Shown here: one piece after another, positions 12,939-22,567 of the stretch | How the letters are laid out: the number at the start of each line of letters is the position of its first letter | Position numbering within the stretch: the stretch's first letter is position 1 | From: Candidatus Deferrimicrobiaceae bacterium | Lineage (GTDB): Bacteria; Desulfobacterota; Deferrimicrobia; Deferrimicrobiales; Deferrimicrobiaceae | DNA: 64,000 nt | Assembly: GCA_963792415.1 (NCBI GenBank) | Contig: CAWBVY010000004.1 | Coordinates: forward strand, 320,001 to 384,000 | Reading direction: 5' to 3' | Notes under the pieces: model-generated | The model's database searches: none | Told to the model about the DNA's origin: nothing | The model's input: only the letters and a program-made list of their open reading frames with translations | Position numbers and translations under genes: made by a program

Positions 12939-14858
12939 CTACTTCTTCCGCAACACCCGCTTGTCCCCCACCCGCAAGGTGACTTTCGTCGCGTCGAAGT
13001 GCTCGAGGAGCGGGATGATGTACTTCCGGGAGAGGCCGGTCATCTCCTTGAACTCCGGAACGGTGATCTCGCCGCGCTTCGTGAGGAACGCGACGAGCTT
13101 CTCCTGGATCCCCCGCAGCGCCGCTCCGTCGAAGAGGAGCTCCTTCACCCGGACGATCTCCCCGCTCCGGGCGAGGCCGTCGATCACCTTCTCCACCGCC
13201 TTCGGGTCCGCCGAAATCCCTTTGACCGCCTCCAGGAGCTCGGCGCGCCCCGGCGGGGCGTCCCCCGCCGCGCGGAGGAACTCCGCGATCCTGCGGGCCA
13301 GCGGGCTTCCCAGCTCCACCGCCTTCGGCTTGCGGGCCGGGAGGAGGTAAAGCTCCCCCTCGCGGGCGATGGAGGCGTTTCCCTCCAGGGCGAGGGAGAG
13401 GAAGGCCGGGTCGGGGGGGACGGGGAAGAGGGAGGCGATCTCCTCCCGCGGGAACCCGTTCCGTTCGGGAGCGCGGTCGTGCAACTGCTTCAGGGCCTGG
13501 CCGCAGGTGGACGACGCCGCGGAAATGGCGGAACGGGACCATAATTTTCCGGATACGGGGACATGGGCCATCAACCCTTTGGCGGCGAGCTCCTTCAGGA
13601 TCCCTCGGGTCCGCTCCGCCCCGATCCCGGCGACGGCCGCCGCGTCCGCGGCGGTGGCGCCCGCCGCGCCGGCGTCCTCCACCGCGGCCAGGACGCGCTC
13701 CGCGGGGTCTTCCGACCGCAGCCGGGGGAGCGCCTCCGGGACCGCCTTCCCGGCCCCCCGCCGAGCGGGCGGTTTCGGGTGCAGCACGGCCCCGCCGCCG
13801 ATCGTGTACCCGAAGTTCGCCAGCGGGGAGAACCCCCGCAGGATGAACCGGTCGCCGCCCGCGAGGACCGTCTCCTCGGAGAGGAGGACCCGGCCGTACC
13901 CGGAGCCCCCGGGAGGGATCTCGGCCTGCCCGTAGAGGAGGATCCTCCCGACGCAGGAGAAGGTCCCCGCGTGGAAGGAGATCTGGCCGCGGTTGCGCAG
14001 CGGCTTCGGGACCAGCGGTAGGTACTCGACGAAGACTTCCGCGGACTTCGTGGGGGAGAACGTCCCGGGGTGGCACAGGACCGACCCGCGCGGGGCGCTC
14101 TCCTTCTCCAGCCCCTGCAGGTTGACCGCCGTGCGGGTCCCCGCGGAGGCCCGTTCCACGGGGCCGCCGTGGACCTGGAGCCCGCGCACCTTCGCGACGG
14201 TCCCCCCGGGGAGGATCGCCACCTCCTCGCCCGTCGCGACCGTCCCGCCGATCAGCGTCCCGGTGACGACGGTGCCGAACCCCTTCATCGAGAAGGAGCG
14301 GTCGACGGGGAGCCGGAACAGGTTCGACGCGTCTTTTCCCGGGATCCCGGCGGCGATCCGGTCGATGGCGGATACCAGTTCGGGGAGCCCCTCGCCGGTG
14401 GCGGCGGAAACCCGGACGATCGGGGCCCCCTCGAGGAACGTTCCGCGGACCAGCGCGCCGATCTCCTCCTCCTGGAGGTCCATCCACTCGCTCTCCGCCC
14501 TGTCGCACTTGTTGAGGACCACGATCCCGTGGCGCACCGCGAGAAGCCGGCAGATGTCGAGATGCTCGCGCGTCTGCGGCATCACCCCCTCGTCCGCGGC
14601 GACGACGAGCAGGACGATGTCGACCCCCGCGGCGCCGGCCACCATCGTCCGGACGAACCGCTCGTGTCCCGGCACGTCGACGATGCCGGCGAGCGTCCCC
14701 GACGGGAGGGAGAGGCGGGCGAACCCGAGCTCGATCGTGATCCCCCGCTCCTTCTCCTCCTTCAGCCGGTCGGGGTCGGTGCCGGTCAGCGCGCGCACGA
14801 GGGAGCTCTTCCCGTGGTCGATGTGCCCGGCCGTCCCGAGGATCACGGTTTTCGACAT
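12939..14858 (-). CDS. selB: Selenocysteine-specific elongation factor
   Basis: [37 protein letters not shown]; C-terminal winged helix [21 protein letters not shown]. Confidence 0.96.
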   Translation of the reverse strand: MSKTVILGTAGHIDHGKSSLVRALTGTDPDRLKEEKERGITIELGFARLSLPSGTLAGIVDVPGHERFVRTMVAGAAGVDIVLLVVAADEGVMPQTREHLDICRLLAVRHGIVVLNKCDRAESEWMDLQEEEIGALVRGTFLEGAPIVRVSAATGEGLPELVSAIDRIAAGIPGKDASNLFRLPVDRSFSMKGFGTVVTGTLIGGTVATGEEVAILPGGTVAKVRGLQVHGGPVERASAGTRTAVNLQGLEKESAPRGSVLCHPGTFSPTKSAEVFVEYLPLVPKPLRNRGQISFHAGTFSCVGRILLYGQAEIPPGGSGYGRVLLSEETVLAGGDRFILRGFSPLANFGYTIGGGAVLHPKPPARRGAGKAVPEALPRLRSEDPAERVLAAVEDAGAAGATAADAAAVAGIGAERTRGILKELAAKGLMAHVPVSGKLWSRSAISAASSTCGQALKQLHDRAPERNGFPREEIASLFPVPPDPAFLSLALEGNASIAREGELYLLPARKPKAVELGSPLARRIAEFLRAAGDAPPGRAELLEAVKGISADPKAVEKVIDGLARSGEIVRVKELLFDGAALRGIQEKLVAFLTKRGEITVPEFKEMTGLSRKYIIPLLEHFDATKVTLRVGDKRVLRKK

Positions 14859-14903
14859 GAGAGGTATCTTATCGTAATCGACCGGCTGCGGTATCATGCG
14901 GCC

Positions 14904-15236
14904 ATGGACGAGCACACCCGGAAGGAGTCGCCCCACGGATGTTCCGGGCCGGAGGGGGAACCGCCCCCTTTCCGCGTGCCGGTGGAGGGGAGCATCGACC
15001 TCCACGCTTTCCTGCCGCGGGATGTGGTCTCCGTCGTCGAGGAGTATATCGAGGCGGCGGCGCGGAAAGGGCAGCGGGAGGTGCGGCTGATCCACGGAAA
15101 GGGAACGGGAGCACAGCGGGCCGCGGTGCGCGCGCTCCTCTCGCGGCATCCGCGCGTCGAGAGCTACTCGGATGCCCCGCCCGAAGCCGGCGGGTGGGGG
15201 GCGACGCGGGTGACCCTCAAACGGGAACCGGGGTAG
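14904..15236 (+). CDS. Stand-alone Smr/MutS2 C-terminal domain protein
   Basis: IDLHAF, VRLIHGKGTG and GGWGAT motifs. Confidence 0.88.
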   Translation: MDEHTRKESPHGCSGPEGEPPPFRVPVEGSIDLHAFLPRDVVSVVEEYIEAAARKGQREVRLIHGKGTGAQRAAVRALLSRHPRVESYSDAPPEAGGWGATRVTLKREPG

Positions 15237-15242
15237 CCGGCG

Positions 15243-15590
15243 CTACTTCCGGAGGGCGATCTCGATCCGGTTGACGCTTTTCACGACGGCCCGGTCCTTC
15301 TTCACCCGGTCGTCGTTTTTCAGCGAGCGGCGAAGGAGCGCCAGCGCGGCTGCGTGCACCGGGGTTTCCGGCGTGTCCGCGATCCGGTAGGCGATCCACA
15401 GCCCGTCCCGTTGCGAATCGACCAATCCCGCGTCGGCGAGCGTCTTCAGGTGATGGGACACGTTCGGCTGGGACCCCTTCAGCACGTGCTGGATCTCACA
15501 CACGCACAGGGGCCTCGCCTCCAGCATCTTCAGGATCCGCAGGCGGGTCTCGTCGGAGAGCGCCTTGAACAGTTTCGATGTTTTCTTCAA
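15243..15590 (-). CDS. ArsR/SmtB family metalloregulator
   Basis: FKALSDETRLRIL, LCVCEI and SQPNVSHHL motifs. Confidence 0.9.
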   Translation of the reverse strand: MKKTSKLFKALSDETRLRILKMLEARPLCVCEIQHVLKGSQPNVSHHLKTLADAGLVDSQRDGLWIAYRIADTPETPVHAAALALLRRSLKNDDRVKKDRAVVKSVNRIEIALRK

Positions 15591-15802
15591 TTCGAATATC
15601 CCCCTGCATCAAGCCTACGCCTCCCGTCCGTACGGGGTCAAGGTGGGGAGACGTTTTTTCCACCGGGTTTCCCGCCTGCGGGGAGCCGTTTCGGGAGGCA
15701 GGCCTGTCGGAGGATGTTATGATGTTCCAATGGTGCGGCGGCGCTCGAATGCCGGGGTATTCGCGAGACGCTGCGCCAGCCTTCCCGGGGAAAGGAGAGA
15801 CG

Positions 15803-17245
15803 ATGGCGTTTCGCGACCTTCGCGACTATCTCGCCGCCCTTGAAGCGCGCGGCGAGCTCAAGCGCATCCCGTCCGAGGTCTCCCCGGAGCTCGAGGCGGC
15901 GGAGATCGCGGATCGCGCGGTGAAGGCCGGGGGGCCGGCGATCCTCTTCGAGAACGTCCGGGGGACGTCGGTGCCGCTCGCGATGAACCTCTTCGGAACG
16001 ATGGAGCGGATGTGCTTCGCGCTGGGAGTATCCCGCCTCGACGACATCGCGGAGCGCGTCCAGGAGGTGGCCGAACCGGAGATCCCCACGAATTTCCTCG
16101 AGAAGCTCAAGATGCTCCCGAAGCTCGCGCGGCTCGCCGACTTCGTCCCGAAGACCGTCTCCTCGGCCCCGTGCCAGGAGGTGGTCGAGGTGGACCGTCC
16201 CTCCCTGTCGTTCCTCCCCGTGGTGAAGACGTGGCCCGGCGACGGCGGGCCGTTCATCACGCTTCCCCTGGTCTTCACGAAGGACCCGAAGACGGGACGG
16301 CGGAACGTCGGGATGTACCGGATGCACGTCTACGACGAGAAGACGACGGGAATGCACTGGCACGTGCACAAGGGGGGGGCGCAGCATTACCGGGGCTTCC
16401 GGGGGAAGCGGGAACGGATGCCCGTGGCGGTCGCCCTCGGAGGCGATCCGGCGACGATCTACGCGGCATCCGCGCCGCTGCCCGAGGACATGGACGAGAT
16501 GATGTTCTCCGGTTTTCTGAGGAAGGAGCCGGTCGAGCTTGTCCGCTGCAGGACGATCGACATCGAGGTCCCCGCGCACGCCGAGGTGATCCTCGAGGGG
16601 TACGTCGACCCGGACGAGCTGCGCGTCGAGGGCCCCTTCGGCGACCACACGGGATACTACTCCCTCGCCGACCCGTATCCCGTCTTCCACCTGACGTGCG
16701 TCACCCGGAGGAAGGATCCCGTCTACCCGGCGACGATCGTCGGGAAGCCGCCGATGGAGGACGTCTACCTCGGGAAGGCGACGGAGCGGATCTTCCTCCC
16801 GCTCCTCCGGAAGATCGTTCCCGAGGTGACGGACATGAACCTCCCGATCGAGGGGATCTTCCACAACTACGCCTTCTTCTCCATCGACAAGCGGTACCCC
16901 GGCCACGCGCGGAAGGTGATGTGCGCCGTGTGGGGGCTGGGTCTGCTCATGTTCTCCAAGTTCGTCGTGATCTTCGACTCCGACGTGAACATCCAGGACA
17001 TGAGCGAAGCGCTCTGGCGGATCGGGAACAACGTCGACCCGCGACGGGACACGATGATCGTGGACGGACCCGTCGACGCCCTCGAGCACGCCTCCCCGAT
17101 CCCGCACTACGGGTCGAAGATGGGGATCGACGCGACGCGGAAATGGGCTACGGAAGGGTTCGCGCGCGAGTGGCCCGGGGACATCGCGATGCCCCGGGAG
17201 ATCATCGACCTCGTCACCCGACGGTGGAAGGAGTACGGGTTCTGA
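15803..17245 (+). CDS. UbiD-family menaquinone biosynthesis decarboxylase (MqnL-like)
   Basis: RNVGMYR, EGPFGDHTGYY and KMGIDATRK motifs; AGGAGA RBS; clustered with UbiA and UbiX homologs. Confidence 0.9.
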   Translation: MAFRDLRDYLAALEARGELKRIPSEVSPELEAAEIADRAVKAGGPAILFENVRGTSVPLAMNLFGTMERMCFALGVSRLDDIAERVQEVAEPEIPTNFLEKLKMLPKLARLADFVPKTVSSAPCQEVVEVDRPSLSFLPVVKTWPGDGGPFITLPLVFTKDPKTGRRNVGMYRMHVYDEKTTGMHWHVHKGGAQHYRGFRGKRERMPVAVALGGDPATIYAASAPLPEDMDEMMFSGFLRKEPVELVRCRTIDIEVPAHAEVILEGYVDPDELRVEGPFGDHTGYYSLADPYPVFHLTCVTRRKDPVYPATIVGKPPMEDVYLGKATERIFLPLLRKIVPEVTDMNLPIEGIFHNYAFFSIDKRYPGHARKVMCAVWGLGLLMFSKFVVIFDSDVNIQDMSEALWRIGNNVDPRRDTMIVDGPVDALEHASPIPHYGSKMGIDATRKWATEGFAREWPGDIAMPREIIDLVTRRWKEYGF

Positions 17246-18129
17246 GCGTCTTCCGGCGCATCGGCGTCTACCTCGAGATGGTCAAGGTGGCGCACACCGT
17301 CTTCGCGCTCCCCTTCGCCCTGACGGGGATGTTCCTCGCGGCCCGGGAGCTCGGCGCGCGGAACGCGCTCCCCCCGGCCCGGACCGTCTTCTACATCGTC
17401 CTCGCGATGGTGGGGGCACGCAGCGCCTCCATGGGATTCAACCGGCTGGTGGACGCCGAGATCGACGCGAAGAACCCCCGGACGATGGGCCGCGCGATCC
17501 CCTCGGGCCAGGTCAGCCGTCCGATGGCGCGCGTCTTCATCCTGATGTCCGTGGCGCTGCTCGCCCTTTCCGCCGCGAAGCTGAATCCGCTCTGCCTCCT
17601 GCTGACTCCCGTCCTGCTCCTGGTGCTCTTCTCCTACTCGTACATGAAGCGGTTCACGTGGGCGTCGCACCTCGTCCTCGGGGCGTGCCTGGGGGCGGCG
17701 CCGCTGGCGGCGTGGATCGCCGTGACGGGCGGGGTGGACGCGCGGGTGCTCTGGATCTGCCTTGCCGTCCTGTTCTGGGTGGGCGGGTTCGACGTCCTCT
17801 ACGCGCTGCAGGACGTCGAGTTCGACCGGCGGGAGGGCCTCCACTCGATCCCGCGGTCCCTCGGAGTGGGCCCCTCGCTGTGGGTCGCACGGGCGTTCCA
17901 CCTGGCGATGGCGGGCTTCCTCCTGGTGGGGTATCATGTGTTCGGGCTCGGCGGGTGGTATCTTGCGGGGCTCGTCCTGTGCGCTGCCGTGCTGGGGTAC
18001 GAGCACGCGATCGTCCGGAAGAACGACCTCTCGCGGCTGAATATGGCGTTCTTCAACCTGAACGGGGTCGTGAGCATCGCGTTCTGCCTGTTCACCTACC
18101 TCGACCTGGTGTTGCGGGGCCGCCCATGA
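17242..18129 (+). CDS. UbiA-family polyprenyltransferase (MqnP-like)
   Basis: HTVFALPFA, FNRLVDAEIDAKNPRT and YALQDVEFDR motifs. Start uncertain (CTG 17242 overlapping the previous stop, or ATG 17278). Confidence 0.88.
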   Translation: MSVFRRIGVYLEMVKVAHTVFALPFALTGMFLAARELGARNALPPARTVFYIVLAMVGARSASMGFNRLVDAEIDAKNPRTMGRAIPSGQVSRPMARVFILMSVALLALSAAKLNPLCLLLTPVLLLVLFSYSYMKRFTWASHLVLGACLGAAPLAAWIAVTGGVDARVLWICLAVLFWVGGFDVLYALQDVEFDRREGLHSIPRSLGVGPSLWVARAFHLAMAGFLLVGYHVFGLGGWYLAGLVLCAAVLGYEHAIVRKNDLSRLNMAFFNLNGVVSIAFCLFTYLDLVLRGRP

Positions 18130-18734
18130 AGGTTCTCCTCGGCATTTCGGGCGCCAGCGGCGCGGTGTACGGCGTCCGTACCCTCTCCCTGCTCCTTGCG
18201 CGCGGCGCGGACCTCCACGTTCTGGTCACGAAGACGGCGTGGGGGATCCTCGCGGCGGAGGTCTGGGACGGCAACCTCCCCGGCGGCATGGCCGCGCGGC
18301 GGAAGGGACTCGCGCGCCTCTCCTCCTCCTCCCGGCCGTTCCGCCTGTACGCCGAGGACGACTTCGGGATTCCGTTCGCCTCCGGGTCGAACCCGCCCGA
18401 CGCGATGATCGTCGCCCCCTGCTCCATGGGGACCCTCGGGCGGATCGCCCACGGGGTGTCGTCGTCGGTGCTGACCCGGTGCGCCGACGTGGCCCTCAAG
18501 GAACGCAAGCCGCTGGTCCTCGTGGCCCGGGAAACGCCGCTGTCCGTCATCCATCTGGAAAACATGCTGACGCTGGCCCGCGCGGGGGCGCACGTCCTCC
18601 CCGCGTGCCCGGGGTTCTACCATCGCCCGGAGACGGTCTCCGGCCTGGTCGATTTCGTCGTGTCCCGCGCGCTCTCCTGCATCGGCGTCGACGCCGGGGT
18701 CCTCCCGCGATGGGGGGAGGGAAAGGAGGAGTGA
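18126..18734 (+). CDS. ubiX: UbiX-family flavin prenyltransferase
   Basis: GISGASG, ASGS, APCSMGTL, RETPL and PGFY motifs. Confidence 0.92.
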   Translation: MKVLLGISGASGAVYGVRTLSLLLARGADLHVLVTKTAWGILAAEVWDGNLPGGMAARRKGLARLSSSSRPFRLYAEDDFGIPFASGSNPPDAMIVAPCSMGTLGRIAHGVSSSVLTRCADVALKERKPLVLVARETPLSVIHLENMLTLARAGAHVLPACPGFYHRPETVSGLVDFVVSRALSCIGVDAGVLPRWGEGKEE

Positions 18735-18738
18735 GACG

Positions 18739-19095
18739 ATGAAGAAGGTCCTTGTGGTCGACGACGAGGAGAGCATCCGCGAGCTGTACCGGGCGGACCT
18801 CTCCGACGAGGGGTACGAGGTGGTACTGGCCGTGGACGGGCGGCAGGCGCTCGTCCTCCTCGAATCCTTCCTGCCGAACCTCGTGACGCTCGACATCAAG
18901 CTGCCGGACATCGACGGGATCGAGGTGCTCCGCCGGATCCGGGAGAAGAACGCGACGATCCCGGTCATCCTGCTCACCGCCTTCGGCGAATTCCGGCAGG
19001 ACTTCAACACGTGGGCCTCCGACGCCTACATCGTGAAGTCCCACGACACGACGGAGCTGAAGGATACCGTCCGCAGGCTGCTGGGGGAGGGATGA
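18739..19095 (+). CDS. Single-domain response regulator (REC)
   Basis: VLVVDDE, LDIKLP, LTA and YIVKS motifs. Confidence 0.92.
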   Translation: MKKVLVVDDEESIRELYRADLSDEGYEVVLAVDGRQALVLLESFLPNLVTLDIKLPDIDGIEVLRRIREKNATIPVILLTAFGEFRQDFNTWASDAYIVKSHDTTELKDTVRRLLGEG

Positions 19096-20198
19096 GCGTC
19101 CTGTCGGTTCTCGCCGCCGCCCTGCGCGGGGGGAGAAGGCCCCCCGGCAGCGCGAAGGAGGTTTCGCTGGCCGCCGCGCTGACCTCGGGCCTGTACGAGG
19201 TGTCGCAGGCGATGAGCGCGCCGGCGGGGGACGTCCAGCACAGCCTCGACCTCATCACCTCCGCCGCCGCGTCGATCCTTCGCGTCGAGCGGTGCGTTCT
19301 CCTCCTTCCGGAGCCCGGGGTGGAGCACCTGGTCGTCCGGTCGATGGCGGGGATTCCGCGGGGGCGGCAGTTCGAGAAGTACCGGCAGGAGATCTACAAG
19401 ATGCTCATCCATCCGGTCCTCTCCTCAGGGACCGGGATGATCGTCTCGGAGGGGAGACCGGCGACGGACCGCTCCCTCCTGCGGCTGATGCGCCGCCTGG
19501 AGGTGAAGGGGTTGCTCGTCGCGCAGGTGAAGAGCCCCACGGCCGCGATCGGGATCATGGCCGCCGCGACGCCGCTGGACGGGCGGGATCTGCAGGACGT
19601 GGACCTGAAGCTCCTCTCCGTCCTGGCGAATTTCGCGGCGATCGCCCTCGAGAACGCTGCGCTGATCGGGCACCTCGGCAAGAAAGCGCGCAAGCTGACC
19701 GCGATCTTCGAGATCAGCAAGGCGTTGAACGAGCAGAGCGACCCGGCCGTCCTGTTCCAGCTGATCGTCGACCGGGCGACGGAACTGATGGGTGCCTCTT
19801 CCGGGTCGGTCATCCGGATGGACCCCGACACGAAGACGCTCCTCATCGAGGCGGAGCGGGGCCTGGGCCCCGAGGTGAAGAGCGCGATGCGGCTGCGCGT
19901 CGGGGAGGGGGTCACCGGGTGGGTGGCGCGGGAAGGGGAGCCGCTGCTCGTTCCCGACGTCCGGGAAGACCCCCGCTACGTCCAGGCGAATCCCGCGGTG
20001 ATGTCCGAGATGGCGGTGCCGGTGAAATGGGGATCCGAGGTGATGGGCGTCATCAACCTCGACCATTATCAGGTGGGAGGATTCACCGAGGAGGACCTCG
20101 AGCTGCTCACGGCGTTCGCCAACGCGGCGGCGGTGGCGCTGCGCAATGCCAACGCCCTCTGTGGATGGCCGCTGAAGGCGGACCCAGGGAAAGAATGA
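19092..20198 (+). CDS. Tandem GAF-domain protein with no output domain
   Basis: Two GAF units ending LSVLANFAAIALENA and LTAFANAAAVALRNA; GEGVTGWVA; DVREDPRY. Confidence 0.85.
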   Translation: MSVLSVLAAALRGGRRPPGSAKEVSLAAALTSGLYEVSQAMSAPAGDVQHSLDLITSAAASILRVERCVLLLPEPGVEHLVVRSMAGIPRGRQFEKYRQEIYKMLIHPVLSSGTGMIVSEGRPATDRSLLRLMRRLEVKGLLVAQVKSPTAAIGIMAAATPLDGRDLQDVDLKLLSVLANFAAIALENAALIGHLGKKARKLTAIFEISKALNEQSDPAVLFQLIVDRATELMGASSGSVIRMDPDTKTLLIEAERGLGPEVKSAMRLRVGEGVTGWVAREGEPLLVPDVREDPRYVQANPAVMSEMAVPVKWGSEVMGVINLDHYQVGGFTEEDLELLTAFANAAAVALRNANALCGWPLKADPGKE

Positions 20199-21139
20199 CC
20201 CCGGTGCATGGAACCGTCCTCGTCGCCCGCACATTATGGCCCGTCCTCGGGCGCGTAGGGGACCTGTTGTCCCACCGCGGGTACTCGGTGGAGACGGCCG
20301 GTTCCTGGAGCGCTCTCCTCGCGGAACCGGGAAGGAGGGCGGAGCTCGCGGCGGTCCTGCTGGGGGAGTATGGCGCCGTCTCCGAGGAGGAGGAGATCCT
20401 GCGGCGGTTCCGCGCCGCCGGCGGACCCGGGGTTCCCGTGTTCCTCATCGGCGGACAGAGCGCTGTCCTCAGGACCCGCCGGTTCCGGGAGGCGGGGGCG
20501 GACATGGTCTTCTCCGCGGATCTCCCGGAAGAGGAGATCCTCGACCGTGCGCAGCCGCTCCTCGCGTACGGGGAGATGTACCGGAAAGCCGTTCTCGCGG
20601 GACGGGAACTTTCGGACTGCGCCATGCTGGACGGACTGACCGGATTGCCCGACCGGCGCCGTTTCTCTCTCGATCTCGACCGGTGCGCCGAGACGGCACG
20701 GCGCATCGGGCAGCCCCTCTCCTGCATCGTATCGGATATCGACGACCTCCGGCGCGTCAACGAGGCGCACGGACCGGGGGTGGGGGACAGCGTGATCCGG
20801 CAATTCGGCGGCGTCCTGGCGCGGGCGAAAAGGAGTTACGACACCTTGGCCCGCCTGGGGGGTGACGAGTTCGTCTGGCTCCTTCTGGGCGTCCGCCGCG
20901 ACGACGCGTTGCGGGCCGCGGAGAGGGCCCAGCGCCTCGTTTCCGCGAGCGTCTTCAACGGGACCCACGAACCGGTCCGCGTGACCGCGACCTTCGGCGT
21001 GGCGTCGCTTTCCCCCGGGAGGGAGTGGAACGCGCAGACCCTCGTGGAAAACGCCGACCGGGCCCTCTACTGGGGGAAGGAGAGCGGAAAGAACATGGTG
21101 CGGTTCTACCCCCCGGGGAAGGAGGTTGACGATGCGTAG
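20195..21139 (+). CDS. Diguanylate cyclase (degenerate REC-like N-terminus plus GGDEF)
   Basis: DGLTGL, RSYD I-site, ARLGGDEF and ADRALY motifs. Confidence 0.88.
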   Translation: MTPVHGTVLVARTLWPVLGRVGDLLSHRGYSVETAGSWSALLAEPGRRAELAAVLLGEYGAVSEEEEILRRFRAAGGPGVPVFLIGGQSAVLRTRRFREAGADMVFSADLPEEEILDRAQPLLAYGEMYRKAVLAGRELSDCAMLDGLTGLPDRRRFSLDLDRCAETARRIGQPLSCIVSDIDDLRRVNEAHGPGVGDSVIRQFGGVLARAKRSYDTLARLGGDEFVWLLLGVRRDDALRAAERAQRLVSASVFNGTHEPVRVTATFGVASLSPGREWNAQTLVENADRALYWGKESGKNMVRFYPPGKEVDDA

Positions 21140-21605
21140 GGAGATCCTGGTTTTCCCCGATCCGTTCCTGGCGCGGAAGGCGGCCCCCGTGGCCGCGGTG
21201 GACGACCGGATCCGCGCCCTCGTCCGCGACATGTTCGAGACGATGTACGCCGCCGAGGGGGTCGGGCTCGCCGCGACCCAGGTGGGGGTGGGGAAACGGG
21301 TCGTCGTCCTCGACGTCTCTCCGGTGGACGAGACGCTCGGCCCCATGGCCGTCGTCAACCCCGTGATCGTCTCGCGGAAAGGATCGGTGACGGGCCTCGA
21401 GGGGTGCCTGAGCGTCCCCGGGGTCCAGGGCGAGGTGTGCCGCGCCGAAACCGTCGAGGTGCGCGGCATGGACGAGCACGGGAATCCGCTTCGGATCCAG
21501 GCCGCCGGGATCCTCTCCCGCGCGCTGCAGCACGAGATCGACCACCTGGACGGGGTTCTTTTCATCGAGCGCGCTTCCTCCTCCGCGGCGGCCTCCGCGA
21601 AGTGA
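21132..21605 (+). CDS. def: Peptide deformylase
   Basis: GVGLAATQ, EGCLS and QHEIDHL motifs; GGAGG RBS. Confidence 0.96.
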   Translation: MRREILVFPDPFLARKAAPVAAVDDRIRALVRDMFETMYAAEGVGLAATQVGVGKRVVVLDVSPVDETLGPMAVVNPVIVSRKGSVTGLEGCLSVPGVQGEVCRAETVEVRGMDEHGNPLRIQAAGILSRALQHEIDHLDGVLFIERASSSAAASAK

Positions 21606-22567
21606 TCCGCCTGTCGGCAGGCCCCGGGGCCGACCGGTTGCGCACGGTGTTCATGGGTACGCCGTGGTTCGCCGTCTCTTCCCTCGCCGCCCTCGCGGAA
21701 GCGGTGGACGTGACCCTTGTCCTGTGCAACCCGGACCGGCCTGCTGGACGTGGACGATCGATGGCGTCGCCCCCGGTAAAGGATGAGGCGGTACGTCGCG
21801 GGATCCCGGTCTTCCAGCCGGAAAAGGCACGCCATCCCGACGCCGTCGCCCGGATCGCCGCCGAGGCGCCCGACCTGATCGTCGTCGTGGCGTACGGCCA
21901 CATCCTGCCGAAATCGATCCTCGACATCCCCCGTATCGGGTGCATCAACGTCCACGCGTCCCTGCTTCCGAAGTACCGCGGGGCGGCCCCGATCAACTGG
22001 GCGGTGGCGCGGGGCGAAACGGTGACGGGGGTCACGATCATGCGGATGGACGAGGGAATGGACACGGGTCCCATGCTGCACGTCCGGGAGATGCCGATCG
22101 GCGAAGAAGACACCGCGGAGACGATGTTCGCGAAACTGTCGACCCTCGGGGCCGAGGCGCTGCGCGAGGCGCTGAGCAGGCTGCGGGAGGGGACGCTCGG
22201 CGAGACGCCGCAGGACGCCGCCCTTGCGACGTACGCCCCGATGCTGAAGAAGGAGCACGGCCGGATCGACTGGAGGCGTCCGGCGGGAGAGATCCGCAAC
22301 CTGGTCCGCGGGATGACGCCGTGGCCCTCCGCGTTCGCGCTTCACGCCGGGAAGACGCTCAAGGTCCTTTCGTCGGTCCTCGCCGCGGAATCCGGACCGG
22401 CGGGGGAGTCCGGCGAGATCGTCGCCCTCGGGCGCGACGGGATCTCGGTCGCCTGCGGGGATGGGGTCCTCCGCCTCCGGTCCGTCCAGCCGGAGGGCGG
22501 AAAGGCGATGGACGCGTGGGCGTACGCCCAGGGCCGGCGCGCGGCGGTGGGGGAACGGCTATCGTAA
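21602..22567 (+). CDS. fmt: Methionyl-tRNA formyltransferase
   Basis: VFMGTP, NVHASLLPKYRGAAPI and MDEGMDTG motifs. Confidence 0.96.
   Translation: MIRLSAGPGADRLRTVFMGTPWFAVSSLAALAEAVDVTLVLCNPDRPAGRGRSMASPPVKDEAVRRGIPVFQPEKARHPDAVARIAAEAPDLIVVVAYGHILPKSILDIPRIGCINVHASLLPKYRGAAPINWAVARGETVTGVTIMRMDEGMDTGPMLHVREMPIGEEDTAETMFAKLSTLGAEALREALSRLREGTLGETPQDAALATYAPMLKKEHGRIDWRRPAGEIRNLVRGMTPWPSAFALHAGKTLKVLSSVLAAESGPAGESGEIVALGRDGISVACGDGVLRLRSVQPEGGKAMDAWAYAQGRRAAVGERLS

Noticed and set aside
20195-21139. Hypr-type (3',3'-cGAMP-making) GGDEF like Geobacter GacA
   Set aside because: The specificity position keeps Asp (HGPGVGD), not Ser or Thr.
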